This document shows positions 1 through 9,666 of a stretch of DNA of 45,683 bases, piece by piece. Numbering within the stretch: position 1 is the stretch's first letter; every line of letters begins with the position of its first letter. Position numbers and translations under genes: made by a program. The stretch comes from Pseudomonadota bacterium (lineage in GTDB: Bacteria > Pseudomonadota > Alphaproteobacteria > Rhizobiales > Xanthobacteraceae). The notes below the pieces were generated by a model. The model saw only the letters and a program-made list of their open reading frames with translations. It ran no database searches and was not told the DNA's origin. The DNA lies in contig JAEZFA010000249.1 of NCBI GenBank assembly GCA_023417665.1, forward strand, positions 1-45,683, given 5' to 3'.

Positions 1-217
1 GATCCGGAATCTGCGTGACCAGATTCACTGGGTTCGTGTTTCCAACGCGATCCTGCCGGGACGCGTCGAGGAATCGCTCGCGGAAATGAAGCTCGTGCTC
101 GATGCACTGGAGCGCAGGGATGCAGAGGCCGCCGCTGCCGCGATGCGCATGCACATCGGCAATATCGCGACGCGGTTCAAGGCCCTCAGTGACGGATCGA
201 AGGTCACCGCAGCATGA
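1..217 (+). CDS. GntR/FadR-family regulator, C-terminal (FCD-like) fragment; 5' end lies outside the window
   Basis: Open frame from nt 2 to TGA at 215-217 (…EESLAEMKLVLDALERRDAEAAAAAMRMHIGNIATRF…). The helical Ala/Arg-rich tail is typical of FCD effector domains. The stop overlaps the next start (ATGA at 214-217). Confidence 0.5.
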   Translation, partial: IRNLRDQIHWVRVSNAILPGRVEESLAEMKLVLDALERRDAEAAAAAMRMHIGNIATRFKALSDGSKVTAA

Positions 218-615
218 CCTTCGAGAAGAAAGTCATCGCATCCGAGGATGCACCGAAGGGCCGCGGGCCATTTCCGCAGGCGCTTCGCTGCGGGCCGATG
301 GTGTTCGTTTCGGGGCAAGGCCCGCTGTCGGCAGCAACGAACGCCCCGATCGGCGGCACGTTCGCCGAACAGGCGATGCAAACACTTCGCAATGTCGAAG
401 CCGTACTCGCGGCCGCAGGCCTCGGGATGCAGCACATCGTAAAGGCGACGATCTACCTGCAGGATCTCGGCCGCGTCGAGGAGTTCAACGACGTCTACCG
501 CAAGGTCATGCCCGAGCCCTGGCCCGCCCGCACGCTCGTGGCGGCCGGCTTGCGCGGGATTGATGTCGAGATCGATGTCATCGCAATCGATCCGGAGGCG
601 AGGGGATTGTCATGA
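214..615 (+). CDS. ridA: RidA/YjgF/TdcF-family enamine/imine deaminase
   Basis: 133 aa. Family motifs present: 'GPFPQA…VFVSGQGP', 'KATIYLQDL…FNDVY', C-terminal 'PARTLV…VEIDVIA' with the RidA-type Arg retained. ATGA overlaps on both sides. Confidence 0.85.
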   Translation: MTFEKKVIASEDAPKGRGPFPQALRCGPMVFVSGQGPLSAATNAPIGGTFAEQAMQTLRNVEAVLAAAGLGMQHIVKATIYLQDLGRVEEFNDVYRKVMPEPWPARTLVAAGLRGIDVEIDVIAIDPEARGLS

Positions 616-2702
616 CGGCATCCTCTGCGCAGTGGATCGGTATCGATATCGGCGGCACATTCACCGACCTTTTTGTTGTCGATCCCGCGCAGGGCACCGC
701 GTCTACAAGCAAGGTTCTTACCGATCATGCCGACCCCACGGCCGCGCTCGAGCGCGGCCTTCAGGAGATGATCGCGAGTGGCGATCTCGTGCCCGAGAAC
801 GTGGAGCGGGTCGTGCACGGCACGACTTTGGTCACGAATGCCGTGATCATGCGCCGTGGCGCGCCGACCGCGCTGCTGACGACCGAAGGCTTTCGCGATT
901 CCATCGAGATCGGTACCGAGCATCGTTTCGATCTCTACGATCTTGGCATCGAGAAGCCGCTTCCGCTTGTTCCGCGCAATCTTCGCAGACCCGTCGCCGA
1001 GCGGGTGCTGGCGGACGGAACGGTAGAGCGTGTGCTCGACGAAGCCCGGACCCGCTCGGAGGTGAAGGACCTGCTCGATGCAGGGGTGGGCTCGATCGCA
1101 GTCTGCCTGCTGCATAGTTTCCGCAATCCCGCGCACGAACGGCGAATTAAAGAGATCGTCCGCGAGCTTGCGGAAAGCGTGCATGTGTCGCTTTCGAGCG
1201 ATGTGGCGCCGGAGATCCGCGAATATGAGCGTGCCTCGACGACGGCAATCAACGCCTTCGTCGCTCCCGAGGTCGGGCCTTATCTTCGTTCATTCGGCAG
1301 CCGGCTTGAGCGGTTGGGCATCAAGGCGCCGCTGCTGATCATGCAATCGAACGGCGGTACTGCCGCGCCGGAAGCGGCGGAGCGTTACCCGGTAAAACTT
1401 CTGGAGTCGGGTCCTGCCGCGGGCGCAATCGGTGCCGCGAACATTGCCAGGCTTTCGAAAGAAGATCGCGTTTTCTTCTTCGACATGGGCGGAACGACGG
1501 CCAAGGCCGTCATTATCGACAACGGCCAGCCTCTTATCGCGAAGAAGCTGGAGGTCGGGCACGTCTATCGGTTCAAGCATGGCAGCGGACTGCCGGTGCA
1601 AGCGCCGACCGTCGATCTCATCGAAATCGGTGCCGGCGGAGGATCGATCGCGCACATCGACGTGCTTGGGCTTCTGAAGGTGGGGCCGGAAAGTGCCGAG
1701 TCCGAGCCCGGGCCGGCTTGCTACGGTCTTGGCGGTACGCGGCCGACGGTTACGGATGCCGATCTCGTGCTCGGCTATATCGGCGCCGATACGTTTCTGG
1801 GCGGGCGGATGAAGCTCGACCTCGAAAAATCGCGCGCTGCAATCGAGCAGCACGTTGCAAAGCCTCTCGGTATCACGATCGAGGAAGCGGCAAGCGGCAT
1901 TCACCGCGTCGTCAATGAAAACATGGCGGCGGCGGCGCGCGTTCATCTGCTCGAACATGGAAAAACACCGTCGGCCTATACGATGGTGGCCTTCGGTGGC
2001 GCGGGGCCCGTGCATGCTTACGGGGGCGCCCGCATTCTCGGATGCCGACGCATTATCGCACCAATTCATGCCTCCGTCGGCTCCGCGTTCGGACTTCTGT
2101 GCGCGCCGATCTCGTTCGACACGGCGCGCAGCTTTCCGGTACCGCTGCGCGATGCCGATTGGGATGCAGCAGATGAGATCATTGCTGAGCTCACCGCCGA
2201 AGGCATGCGTCTGGTCAACTGGGCCGGCGTGACGGCCGCGGAAGCGGTGGTCGAAATCTCCGTCGATATGCGGTATCGCGGGCAAGGTCACGAAATCACC
2301 GTTCCGGTCGCGCCCGCACAGGTTCGTGCGCGTGATGCGCAAGCGATGGAGCGGAGCTTTGCGGAACAATACCGGCTGCTGAACGCGGTTTCGGGGCCGA
2401 GCGCCGCCGTCGAACTTGTAACCTGGCGCGTGCGCGTGCGCGGACCCGTGCCGACGGTTGCCGGAATGCCGCTCTCGGCGGCACGGTCTGCGGCATCGCG
2501 CAAACGCAAAGTCTGGTTCGAGGCGGGCGGATTTGCAGACGCCACGATCGTTGCTGCAGACGAGTTGGAAGCCGGGAAGGCGATTGCAGGACCGGCAATC
2601 GTCGAACTCGGTGGTGCAAGCCTGACCGTAGGGCCGGATTCGACGGTCTTGCTTCGTGCAGATGGCCTGATTGTCGTCGATATCGTCGAGGGCAGGGCAT
2701 GA
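612..2702 (+). CDS. hyuA: Hydantoinase/oxoprolinase family, A subunit (HyuA-like, ATP-dependent lactam/hydantoin hydrolase or carboxylase family)
   Basis: 696 aa. N-terminal 'IGIDIGGTFTDL' actin-like ATPase motif. Length and layout are typical of HyuA/OplaH/caprolactamase alpha. ATGA overlap with hyuB at 2699. Confidence 0.9.
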   Translation: MTASSAQWIGIDIGGTFTDLFVVDPAQGTASTSKVLTDHADPTAALERGLQEMIASGDLVPENVERVVHGTTLVTNAVIMRRGAPTALLTTEGFRDSIEIGTEHRFDLYDLGIEKPLPLVPRNLRRPVAERVLADGTVERVLDEARTRSEVKDLLDAGVGSIAVCLLHSFRNPAHERRIKEIVRELAESVHVSLSSDVAPEIREYERASTTAINAFVAPEVGPYLRSFGSRLERLGIKAPLLIMQSNGGTAAPEAAERYPVKLLESGPAAGAIGAANIARLSKEDRVFFFDMGGTTAKAVIIDNGQPLIAKKLEVGHVYRFKHGSGLPVQAPTVDLIEIGAGGGSIAHIDVLGLLKVGPESAESEPGPACYGLGGTRPTVTDADLVLGYIGADTFLGGRMKLDLEKSRAAIEQHVAKPLGITIEEAASGIHRVVNENMAAAARVHLLEHGKTPSAYTMVAFGGAGPVHAYGGARILGCRRIIAPIHASVGSAFGLLCAPISFDTARSFPVPLRDADWDAADEIIAELTAEGMRLVNWAGVTAAEAVVEISVDMRYRGQGHEITVPVAPAQVRARDAQAMERSFAEQYRLLNAVSGPSAAVELVTWRVRVRGPVPTVAGMPLSAARSAASRKRKVWFEAGGFADATIVAADELEAGKAIAGPAIVELGGASLTVGPDSTVLLRADGLIVVDIVEGRA

Positions 2703-4396
2703 AGCGCGAATTCTCCTCCTACGAACTCGAAATTCTCTGGAACCGGCTGCTGGCGATCGCCGAGGAGCAGGCGCAAGTTCTCATGCGCACCGCATTCTCC
2801 ACGATCGTGCGAGAAGCAGGGGACCTCTCGGCGGCGATCTTCGACTCGCGCGGCAGAATGATCGCGCAGGCGCGCACCGGCACCCCGGGCCACATCAATA
2901 CGATGGCGCTCGGGATGCGCCACTTCCTTGCGGAGTATCCGCTCGAAACGCTGGCGCCCGGAGACGCCCTTCTATCGAACGATCCGTACAAGCTGGCCGG
3001 CCAGCTCAACGATATGTCGCTCGTGACGCCCGTGTTCCGCGACGGCAAGGTCGTGGCGCTGTTCGCGAGCTGTTGCCACATGGTCGATGTCGGCGGGATC
3101 GGGCTGACCGCGGACGGCCGCGAAGTGTTCGAAGAGGGGCTGCACGTCCCGTTCTGCAAGTTTCGCGTAGCCGGCGAAGAGAACAAGGACGTTTATCGGT
3201 TCATCACCGCGAACGTGCGCACGCCGCGCGAGGTGATCGGCGACCTCGAAGCACAGGTAGCGGCAGGCGAGGTCGGCGCTTCTCGCCTTCTGGATCTGCT
3301 CGAAGAGTTTGGCCTCTCGCATATCGAGGACTTGTCTGACGAAATCATTTCCCGTTCCGAAGCCGCCATGCGCAAGGCCATTCGTGCATTTCCGGACGGC
3401 GAGTTCCGCAACGTTGCCGTGAACGACGGCATCGAAAAGCCGCTGAAGCTCGCGGTTTGCGTCTCGCGCAAGGACGACGAGATGCTGATCGATTTCGACG
3501 GCACCGACGCCGCCGTCGAACGCGGGATCAATGTGCCGCTGGCTTACACGACGGCCTATGCAACCTATGCCGTCAAATGCGTGGTCGCGCCGGAAGTGCC
3601 GAACAACCACGGCAGTTTCGTGCCCATTCATGTGCAGGCTCCGTCGGGATCTCTGCTCAATCCGGTGCCGCCTGCGCCGACCGCCGCGCGCCATATCCTC
3701 GGCCATTATCTGCCAAGCGTAATCTATCCCGCGCTTGCCGAAGCGCTGCCGGATCGGGTGCCCGCCGACAGCGCTGCCGGACTATGGGTCACGCAGGTCA
3801 GCGGAAAGAGCGTTGCCGGCGAGCCGTTCTCCTTCGCGTTCTTCTCGGTCGGCGGCATGGGCGCGCGTCACGACAAGGATGGCCTTTCCACCACTTCGTT
3901 TCCGAGCGGGATCCAGAACGTCTCGACCGAGATCATCGAATCCGTATCGCCGGTGCTGTTTCGCAAACGGGAGTTGCGTCCGGATTCCGGTGGGGCCGGG
4001 CGTTATCGCGGCGGGCTTGGCCAGACGATCGAATTCGAAGTGCGGGCGGCGGGCCAAGTAACGCTCTCCGCAATGTACGACCGCATTCACGATGCACCGC
4101 GCGGCACGGAAGCCGGCGGAGATGGCGCGGGCGGTGTGGTCATCGGCGAAGCGGGCCGCCAACTGGCGCCGAAGGGACGAAGCACGCTGCGGGCCGGCGA
4201 ACGCGTTCATCTCGAACTGCCGGGCGGCGGTGGTTACGGCGACCCGCGTGAACGCGATCCCGCCGCGCTCGCAAAGGATATCGAGCTTGGGTTTGTCAGC
4301 AGGGACGCTGCGGCGAGCGAATACGGACGATCCTTGCACGCCAAAGCGGAAGTTCCGGCTTCCGGATCAAAAGCGGCAGGCAACAGCGGAAGGTAG
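2699..4396 (+). CDS. hyuB: Hydantoinase B/oxoprolinase family, B subunit
   Basis: 565 aa. N-terminal 'EILWNRLLAIAEEQAQVLMRTAFSTIVREAGDLSAAIFD' is the hallmark HyuB start. Translationally coupled to hyuA. Confidence 0.9.
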   Translation: MKREFSSYELEILWNRLLAIAEEQAQVLMRTAFSTIVREAGDLSAAIFDSRGRMIAQARTGTPGHINTMALGMRHFLAEYPLETLAPGDALLSNDPYKLAGQLNDMSLVTPVFRDGKVVALFASCCHMVDVGGIGLTADGREVFEEGLHVPFCKFRVAGEENKDVYRFITANVRTPREVIGDLEAQVAAGEVGASRLLDLLEEFGLSHIEDLSDEIISRSEAAMRKAIRAFPDGEFRNVAVNDGIEKPLKLAVCVSRKDDEMLIDFDGTDAAVERGINVPLAYTTAYATYAVKCVVAPEVPNNHGSFVPIHVQAPSGSLLNPVPPAPTAARHILGHYLPSVIYPALAEALPDRVPADSAAGLWVTQVSGKSVAGEPFSFAFFSVGGMGARHDKDGLSTTSFPSGIQNVSTEIIESVSPVLFRKRELRPDSGGAGRYRGGLGQTIEFEVRAAGQVTLSAMYDRIHDAPRGTEAGGDGAGGVVIGEAGRQLAPKGRSTLRAGERVHLELPGGGGYGDPRERDPAALAKDIELGFVSRDAAASEYGRSLHAKAEVPASGSKAAGNSGR

Positions 4397-4450
4397 CAAG
4401 GCTCGACAGCGCGGTGCTGCCGGGAATGTTCAACAGGGGAGACCGGTGTA

Positions 4451-5428
4451 ATGAGTGTTTCAAAAGTTTTGTTGGCGGCCGTCGCTGCGTTGTCGTTGAG
4501 CGCAGCTGGTGCATCCGCTCAGACGATGAATCTGAAGCTGGGCTTTGCGACGGCTCCGACTTCTCCTTACGGCTACGCTGCGAAGATTTTCGCGGACGAA
4601 GTCAAGGAGAAGAGTAACGGCCGGATCACGATCGAGGTGTTTCCCGGCAGCCAGCTTGGCGGCGAGCGCGAGATGCTCGAGAGCCTGCAGATAGGAACGC
4701 TGGACCTGAATTTCACTTCGCCCGCGCCGCTCACGAATTTCGTACGGGAAGCCGGTATCTTTGAGGTGCCGTTCCTCATCCGCGGCTTCGATCATGCAAA
4801 TGCAGTGCTCGACGGTCCGGTCGGTGAAGGCTTGCGCAAGAAAATCAACGAGCGCAACTTCGTCAGCCTCGGCTTCGGATATCTTGGCCCCGTGCATCTC
4901 GTGACGAACAAGCGCGGGATTGCAAAGCCCGATGACTTGAAGGGCATGAAAATCCGCACGCAGGAAAATGAGATCCATCTCATTACCTTCCGTACGCTCG
5001 GTGCATTGCCGACCCCGATGGCCTTTCCGGAACTGTTCGGCGCGCTGCAGCAGGGGGTCGTCGATGGCATGGACAATCCTTCCACGACCGTTCAGTCCGG
5101 CCGTTTCTTCCAGGCCGCGAAGTATCTCACGCTCACGGGTCATCGCTTTATCATGACGCCGATCCTTGCCTCGCCCGCCACCTGGAAGAAGCTGAGCGAA
5201 GCCGACCGCAAGATCGTCGCCGACGCGGCTCGCGTGGCGGGTGATGCGTTGCGCAAGCGGGTTCGCGAGCTCGAAGAAGAGACCGTGAAGGCGCTCGGCA
5301 CCGCTGGCATGGAGGTCGTAAAGGTTTCCGACATCGACGCCTTTGTGAAGGCCCTGCAGCCCGCTAATGCGGAATTCGAGAAGCGGTTCGGAAAGGACGT
5401 GATCGAAGCGATCCGGAATACGAAGTAG
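4451..5428 (+). CDS. dctP: TRAP transporter substrate-binding protein (DctP family)
   Basis: 325 aa. Signal peptide MSVSKVLLAAVAALSLSAAGASAQT. DctP-like body ('GSQLGGEREMLESLQIGTLD'). GGGGAG RBS 9 nt upstream. Confidence 0.9.
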   Translation: MSVSKVLLAAVAALSLSAAGASAQTMNLKLGFATAPTSPYGYAAKIFADEVKEKSNGRITIEVFPGSQLGGEREMLESLQIGTLDLNFTSPAPLTNFVREAGIFEVPFLIRGFDHANAVLDGPVGEGLRKKINERNFVSLGFGYLGPVHLVTNKRGIAKPDDLKGMKIRTQENEIHLITFRTLGALPTPMAFPELFGALQQGVVDGMDNPSTTVQSGRFFQAAKYLTLTGHRFIMTPILASPATWKKLSEADRKIVADAARVAGDALRKRVRELEEETVKALGTAGMEVVKVSDIDAFVKALQPANAEFEKRFGKDVIEAIRNTK

Positions 5429-5453
5429 CCGCATTTCGCCGGCGATACGAAAG

Positions 5454-5481
5454 GGTGGCCGCGGGAGACCTCGCGGTCACC
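5454..5481 (+). other. Intercistronic stem-loop between dctP and dctQ
   Basis: 5454-5463 (GGTGGCCGCG) pairs with 5472-5481 (CGCGGTCACC), giving 10 bp including one G.U and an 8-nt loop. A competing 7-bp stem exists between 5461-5467 (GCGGGAG) and 5485-5491 (CTCCCGC). Confidence 0.4.
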
Positions 5482-5551
5482 ACGCTCCCGCGACCAGCAA
5501 CGTGGCGTTCGGTCCGGCCTAATAGCGGCGCTTCCGGAGGAGAACATTCAG

Positions 5552-6064
5552 ATGGACAAGGCAGAACGCATCTTCGTTGCGGCAAATCGCTGGGCGCTGA
5601 TCATTACTCTGGCGGCAATGAGTGTGATCGTGTTTGCCAACGTCGCGCTTCGCTATCTTGCAAGCTACTCTTTCGTCTGGGCTGAAGAGCTTGCGCGCTA
5701 TCTGATGATCTGGATGACCTTCCTCGGCGCGGGCCTCGTGCTCCGTTTCGGAGGCCATATCGGCATCAACAGCCTTCACCACATCCTGCCGCGTCGTCTC
5801 GGTCAGTTCCTCCGCGTCGGGCTGGCCTTGCTGATGATCGTCTTCTTCGCGGCGATGGCCTGGCGGGGACTGGATTATATGCAGGTGGCGCAATACCAGA
5901 GCACGCCGGCGTTAGGGCTGCCGTTCTCGTATGTCTATGCGGTGTTTCCCGTCGGCTTCGGCTTGCTCATCGTTCACCTGCTTCTGATCATCAGACACTA
6001 TGTGCTCGATCACCGGTTCGTCGAAAGCGACGAAGTGAGCGCTGATGTTGCGTCGGCGCTCTGA
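5552..6064 (+). CDS. dctQ: TRAP transporter small permease (DctQ family)
   Basis: 170 aa with four hydrophobic segments. GGAGGA RBS. Sits between dctP and dctM. Confidence 0.85.
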   Translation: MDKAERIFVAANRWALIITLAAMSVIVFANVALRYLASYSFVWAEELARYLMIWMTFLGAGLVLRFGGHIGINSLHHILPRRLGQFLRVGLALLMIVFFAAMAWRGLDYMQVAQYQSTPALGLPFSYVYAVFPVGFGLLIVHLLLIIRHYVLDHRFVESDEVSADVASAL

Positions 6065-6073
6065 GGGCATGTC

Positions 6074-7357
6074 GTGATCCTGACGCTCGTCATTTCGATC
6101 GTGGTTCTGCTGGTGCTCGGCATGCCGGTCGCATTTGCGCTTGGCATCGCTGCCTGGCTCGCGATTCTCGTCAGCGGGCGATTTCCCGAGATCGTTATCG
6201 TAAAGGAGATGTTCTCCGGGCTTGACAGCTTTCCGCTGCTCGCCGTGCCGTTCTTCATTCTCGCGGCCGAACTGATGACCGGAGGCTCGCTAAGCGCGGT
6301 TCTTCTGCGGTTTGCCATGCAGTTTCTCGGGCATCTGCGCGGCGGGATGGGCTACGCCAACATCATGTCGCTCACGCTGTTCTCCGGGATTTCCGGCTCG
6401 GCACTCGCGGACGCCGCCGGGCCCGGCTCGATGATGGTGCGCATGATGCAGGAGGCCGGCTACAAGCGCTCCTATGCGGCGGCGCTGACGGCGGCAACGG
6501 CGGTGATCGGCCCGATCATTCCGCCGTCGATCATCATGATCATTTATGCCCTGCAGTACGAAGGCGTATCGATCATTGCGCTGTTTCTGGCAGGTTTCAT
6601 TCCCGGCCTGGTGATCGCGCTCGGCATGGCGACGGTCAATTGGCACGTATCGCGCAAGCGGGGCTATCGTTCGGACGCGGTGCGGCCCAATGCCCGCGCG
6701 ATGATCTGGAATACGATCAATGCGGTGCCCGCATTGCTTCTGCTCGTGATCATTATAGTCGGCATTCGCTCGGGCGTCTTCACGCCGACCGAAGCATCGG
6801 TGATCGCGATCTTTTACGCTCTGATCGTCGGCATGTTCTTCTACAGAACGTTGCGGCCGTCGGACCTTCCGCGAATTCTCGCAACGTCGGCCCTGCTTTC
6901 GGCTTCGGTGCTTGCGATGCTGGCGACGTCGCAGGCATTTGCCTGGGTGCTGACGATCGAGAGCGTGCCGCAGAATATTACGGCGACGATCATCGCCTGG
7001 GACCTAGGGCCGATTGCCTTCCTGATCGCCGTCAACATTCTGCTGTTGCTGTTCGGCATCTTCCTCGAACCGCTTCCGGGCGTGATGATTTTGGTCCCGA
7101 TCCTCGCGCCGATCGCGACCGGGCTCGGCGTCGATCCCGTGCATTTCGCGGTGATCGTTTGCTACAATCTTACGCTTGGGATGATCTCGCCGCCGATCGG
7201 CAGCCTGCTTTCCGTGGTCTCGATGACTGCAAAGGTGGATTTGCCCGCGCTGGTTCGGGAGCTGACGCCGTTCCTCATCATGCATCTGTTCGTGCTGGCG
7301 CTGCTGACTTTTGTCCCGGCGCTTTCGACCTGGCTGCCGCGGGTAAGCGGGTTCTGA
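6074..7357 (+). CDS. dctM: TRAP transporter large permease (DctM family)
   Basis: 427 aa polytopic membrane protein with a GTG start. Typical DctM length and N-terminus ('…GMPVAFALGIAA…'). Confidence 0.9.
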   Translation: MILTLVISIVVLLVLGMPVAFALGIAAWLAILVSGRFPEIVIVKEMFSGLDSFPLLAVPFFILAAELMTGGSLSAVLLRFAMQFLGHLRGGMGYANIMSLTLFSGISGSALADAAGPGSMMVRMMQEAGYKRSYAAALTAATAVIGPIIPPSIIMIIYALQYEGVSIIALFLAGFIPGLVIALGMATVNWHVSRKRGYRSDAVRPNARAMIWNTINAVPALLLLVIIIVGIRSGVFTPTEASVIAIFYALIVGMFFYRTLRPSDLPRILATSALLSASVLAMLATSQAFAWVLTIESVPQNITATIIAWDLGPIAFLIAVNILLLLFGIFLEPLPGVMILVPILAPIATGLGVDPVHFAVIVCYNLTLGMISPPIGSLLSVVSMTAKVDLPALVRELTPFLIMHLFVLALLTFVPALSTWLPRVSGF

Positions 7358-7432
7358 TGCTTCAATTGCAGACTGTCACGCGATGCAAGGATTTCGGCCG
7401 CTTCGCGCAATTCCAACCGACGATAAGAAAGC

Positions 7433-8587
7433 ATGCGTATGCGAATTGAAAAGGTAACGGCACGAGTCTTTTCTTTCGTTTTCGACAAAACCGCGCTGAG
7501 TTTCGGCGTCGGCAGAAACGTGAAGCGCGATTTCGTGATGGTGAAGGTGGTCGCCGAAGACGGGACGACAGGCTATGGCGAAGCACACCACGCCATGGCG
7601 CCGACTGCGATATCGGAAATCGTCAATCATAGCCTGACGCCGCTGCTGATCGGAATGGACTGCCTCGATCGCGAAGGCGTGTATGACCGCATTTACCGGT
7701 CGCAGATCCAGACACACGGCACCGGCACCGCCGCTGTCATCGCCGCGAGCGGCATCGATATCGCGCTATTCGATGTGGCGGGAAAGCTGTTGAAGCAGCC
7801 GGTCTGCGCACTCCTGGGCGGGAAGCCGAAGGCATCACAGGCTTACGCGGGCGGCTTGTCGCTCGGCTTTCAGCCGCTGGAGTCGCTCGAGCAGGAAGTG
7901 CGGCGCTATGTCGATCTCGGGTATAACGCGATCAAGCTGCGCGTCGGGCAGGACCCGCGGATCGATTCCGAACGGGTAGGGCATATCCGAAACGTGTTCG
8001 GCGACAAGCTGAAGATTGCCGTCGATGCAGCGACCCGCTACTCGGTGCTCGACGTGCAGGCAGTGGCGCGATACTGTGAGAAGTATAACGTGTGGTGGCT
8101 GGAAGAGCCTTTCACGCCCGATAACATAGATGGCTATAAAGCGATGCGCCGTTACACTTCGACGCCGCTGGCGGCAGGCGAGAACCACTTCACCAAGCAG
8201 GCATTCCGTGAGTTGTTGCGCGAAGGCGCCGTCGACATCGTGCAGGCCGATTGCACCAAAGCCGGCGGCATCACGGAGGTGAAGAAAATTGCCGATATGG
8301 CGGCCGCCTATCATGTCATGGTAGCGCCCCACACAAGCCAGAGCGTGTTGAGTGCCGCCGCAAATTTGCACCTGCTTGCGGCAATCCCGAATGGACTGGT
8401 TCACGAGGCGGACCTTGCGCCCGTCAATCCATTCCGCGACCGCCTTGCGAAGAATCCGATCGAGTTGTCAGGGGGCGGGATGGCGCCGCCGGCAGGATAC
8501 GGGCTCGGCCTGGAGATTGACGAAGCGGAGATGGAGGATTTCGACGGCGTGGCGGGCCCTTGCTATTTGCCGCCGTCGTTCAGTTGA
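7433..8587 (+). CDS. Enolase-superfamily enzyme (mandelate racemase/muconate-lactonizing subgroup, acid-sugar dehydratase-like)
   Basis: 384 aa. Metal-ligand series 'AVDAA' (Asp), 'WLEEP' (Glu), 'AAGEN' (Glu), plus 'VQADCTK' Asp and 'APHTS' His dyad. Confidence 0.85.
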   Translation: MRMRIEKVTARVFSFVFDKTALSFGVGRNVKRDFVMVKVVAEDGTTGYGEAHHAMAPTAISEIVNHSLTPLLIGMDCLDREGVYDRIYRSQIQTHGTGTAAVIAASGIDIALFDVAGKLLKQPVCALLGGKPKASQAYAGGLSLGFQPLESLEQEVRRYVDLGYNAIKLRVGQDPRIDSERVGHIRNVFGDKLKIAVDAATRYSVLDVQAVARYCEKYNVWWLEEPFTPDNIDGYKAMRRYTSTPLAAGENHFTKQAFRELLREGAVDIVQADCTKAGGITEVKKIADMAAAYHVMVAPHTSQSVLSAAANLHLLAAIPNGLVHEADLAPVNPFRDRLAKNPIELSGGGMAPPAGYGLGLEIDEAEMEDFDGVAGPCYLPPSFS

Positions 8588-8623
8588 AACTGTTTCGGCG
8601 AGACGATAATCGCCGCGTTCAGC

Positions 8624-9574
8624 TTATAGCGTCATTCCGGGAATGTGATCGTCGGTAATTCTTGCGATGCAATGGCTCGCGAATTCCTGCAGCAGTTTCG
8701 TTTTCCGGATTTGGCTCAGGAAGGCGAGCCCGATCGTCGGCCGCCGGTAATTGCCCGCGAGCGGTACCCGCACCAGCTGCTTGCCATCGAGCGAGATGTC
8801 GCATTTCGGCTGCACATGAAGGATTGCGAATCCGTAGCCGTTGCCGACCAGAGAGCGCAGCATCTCGATGTTCGGCGTGGTGATGGATACCTTGGGTTCG
8901 TATCCGTCGTTCTCGAACAATTGTAGCATTGCGTCGCTGCTGAACGGCAGGTCCAGCAAGATCATCGGTTCATTACGCACGTCTGCGAGCGTGAGCGAGA
9001 TGCGCGTCGCCAGCGGGTGATTGACCGGGAGCAGGACGTAAGGTGGGAGGCTTGCCAGCGGAATGAATTCGATTTCTCCCGGCATTGCCATCGCGGCGGG
9101 ATCGAGGCGCACGGCGTCGTAGGTGATGGCGGCGTCGATCTCGGCCGACCGCAAGCCCTCGATCAGCGATCGCTGGTTTCCTTCAATCGGCCGCAGCATC
9201 GTGTTGGGATGCTTCTGCGTGAACTCGGACAGCAATTGCGGCATGATGATGGGGGCGAGCGTGATCATGCAGCCGACGCTCAGCTTGCCGCGGACTTCTT
9301 CGGTCAGGTCGGACGCAAGATTGTAAATCGCGTCAGCCTGCGTGATCACCGCTTTTGCTTCGCGAAGGATGGTTTCTCCGATCGACGTCAGGGACAGGCC
9401 TTGCGCGTGGTGACGGAGAAACAGTTGTACGCCCAGCTCCCGCTCCAGATGCGAGATTGCGGTCGAAATCGATGGCTGGGAAATATTGATGTATTCCGAT
9501 GCCAGCTTGATGCTTCCGGTTTCCGCCGCAGCAATGAAATATTGTAGCTGTCGAAGCGAGTAACGCATTTGCAT
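8624..9574 (-). CDS. LysR-family transcriptional regulator
   Basis: 'MQMRYSLRQLQYFIAAAETGSIKLASEYINISQPSISTAISHLERELGVQLF' is a classic LysR HTH. I trimmed the start to Met13 of the 328-aa ORF; Met at 9568 is also possible. Confidence 0.85.
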   Translation of the reverse strand: MQMRYSLRQLQYFIAAAETGSIKLASEYINISQPSISTAISHLERELGVQLFLRHHAQGLSLTSIGETILREAKAVITQADAIYNLASDLTEEVRGKLSVGCMITLAPIIMPQLLSEFTQKHPNTMLRPIEGNQRSLIEGLRSAEIDAAITYDAVRLDPAAMAMPGEIEFIPLASLPPYVLLPVNHPLATRISLTLADVRNEPMILLDLPFSSDAMLQLFENDGYEPKVSITTPNIEMLRSLVGNGYGFAILHVQPKCDISLDGKQLVRVPLAGNYRRPTIGLAFLSQIRKTKLLQEFASHCIARITDDHIPGMTL

Positions 9575-9645
9575 TTCTGGTCGTCGGGGCGCACGGAGCA
9601 GCCTGCGCAATTCAAAACACAGTATAGATGCATGCAGCGACCGGA

Positions 9646-9666
9646 CGTGATGAAATTTCCGTCACG
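9646..9666. promoter_or_regulatory. LysR-box-like dyad in the divergent promoter region
   Basis: CGTGA-TGAAATTTCCG-TCACG: 5-bp inverted arms around an 11-nt AT-rich core. Related elements GAATTTCCA (9682-9690) and GGAAATTTA (9710-9718) follow at about 30-bp spacing. Confidence 0.4.

Noticed and set aside
1-6. The window begins with GATCCG, which could be a Sau3AI/BamHI cloning junction of a cosmid or fosmid insert.
   Set aside because: A GATC at a window edge is expected by chance, and the 3' end does not show one. Nothing can be concluded.
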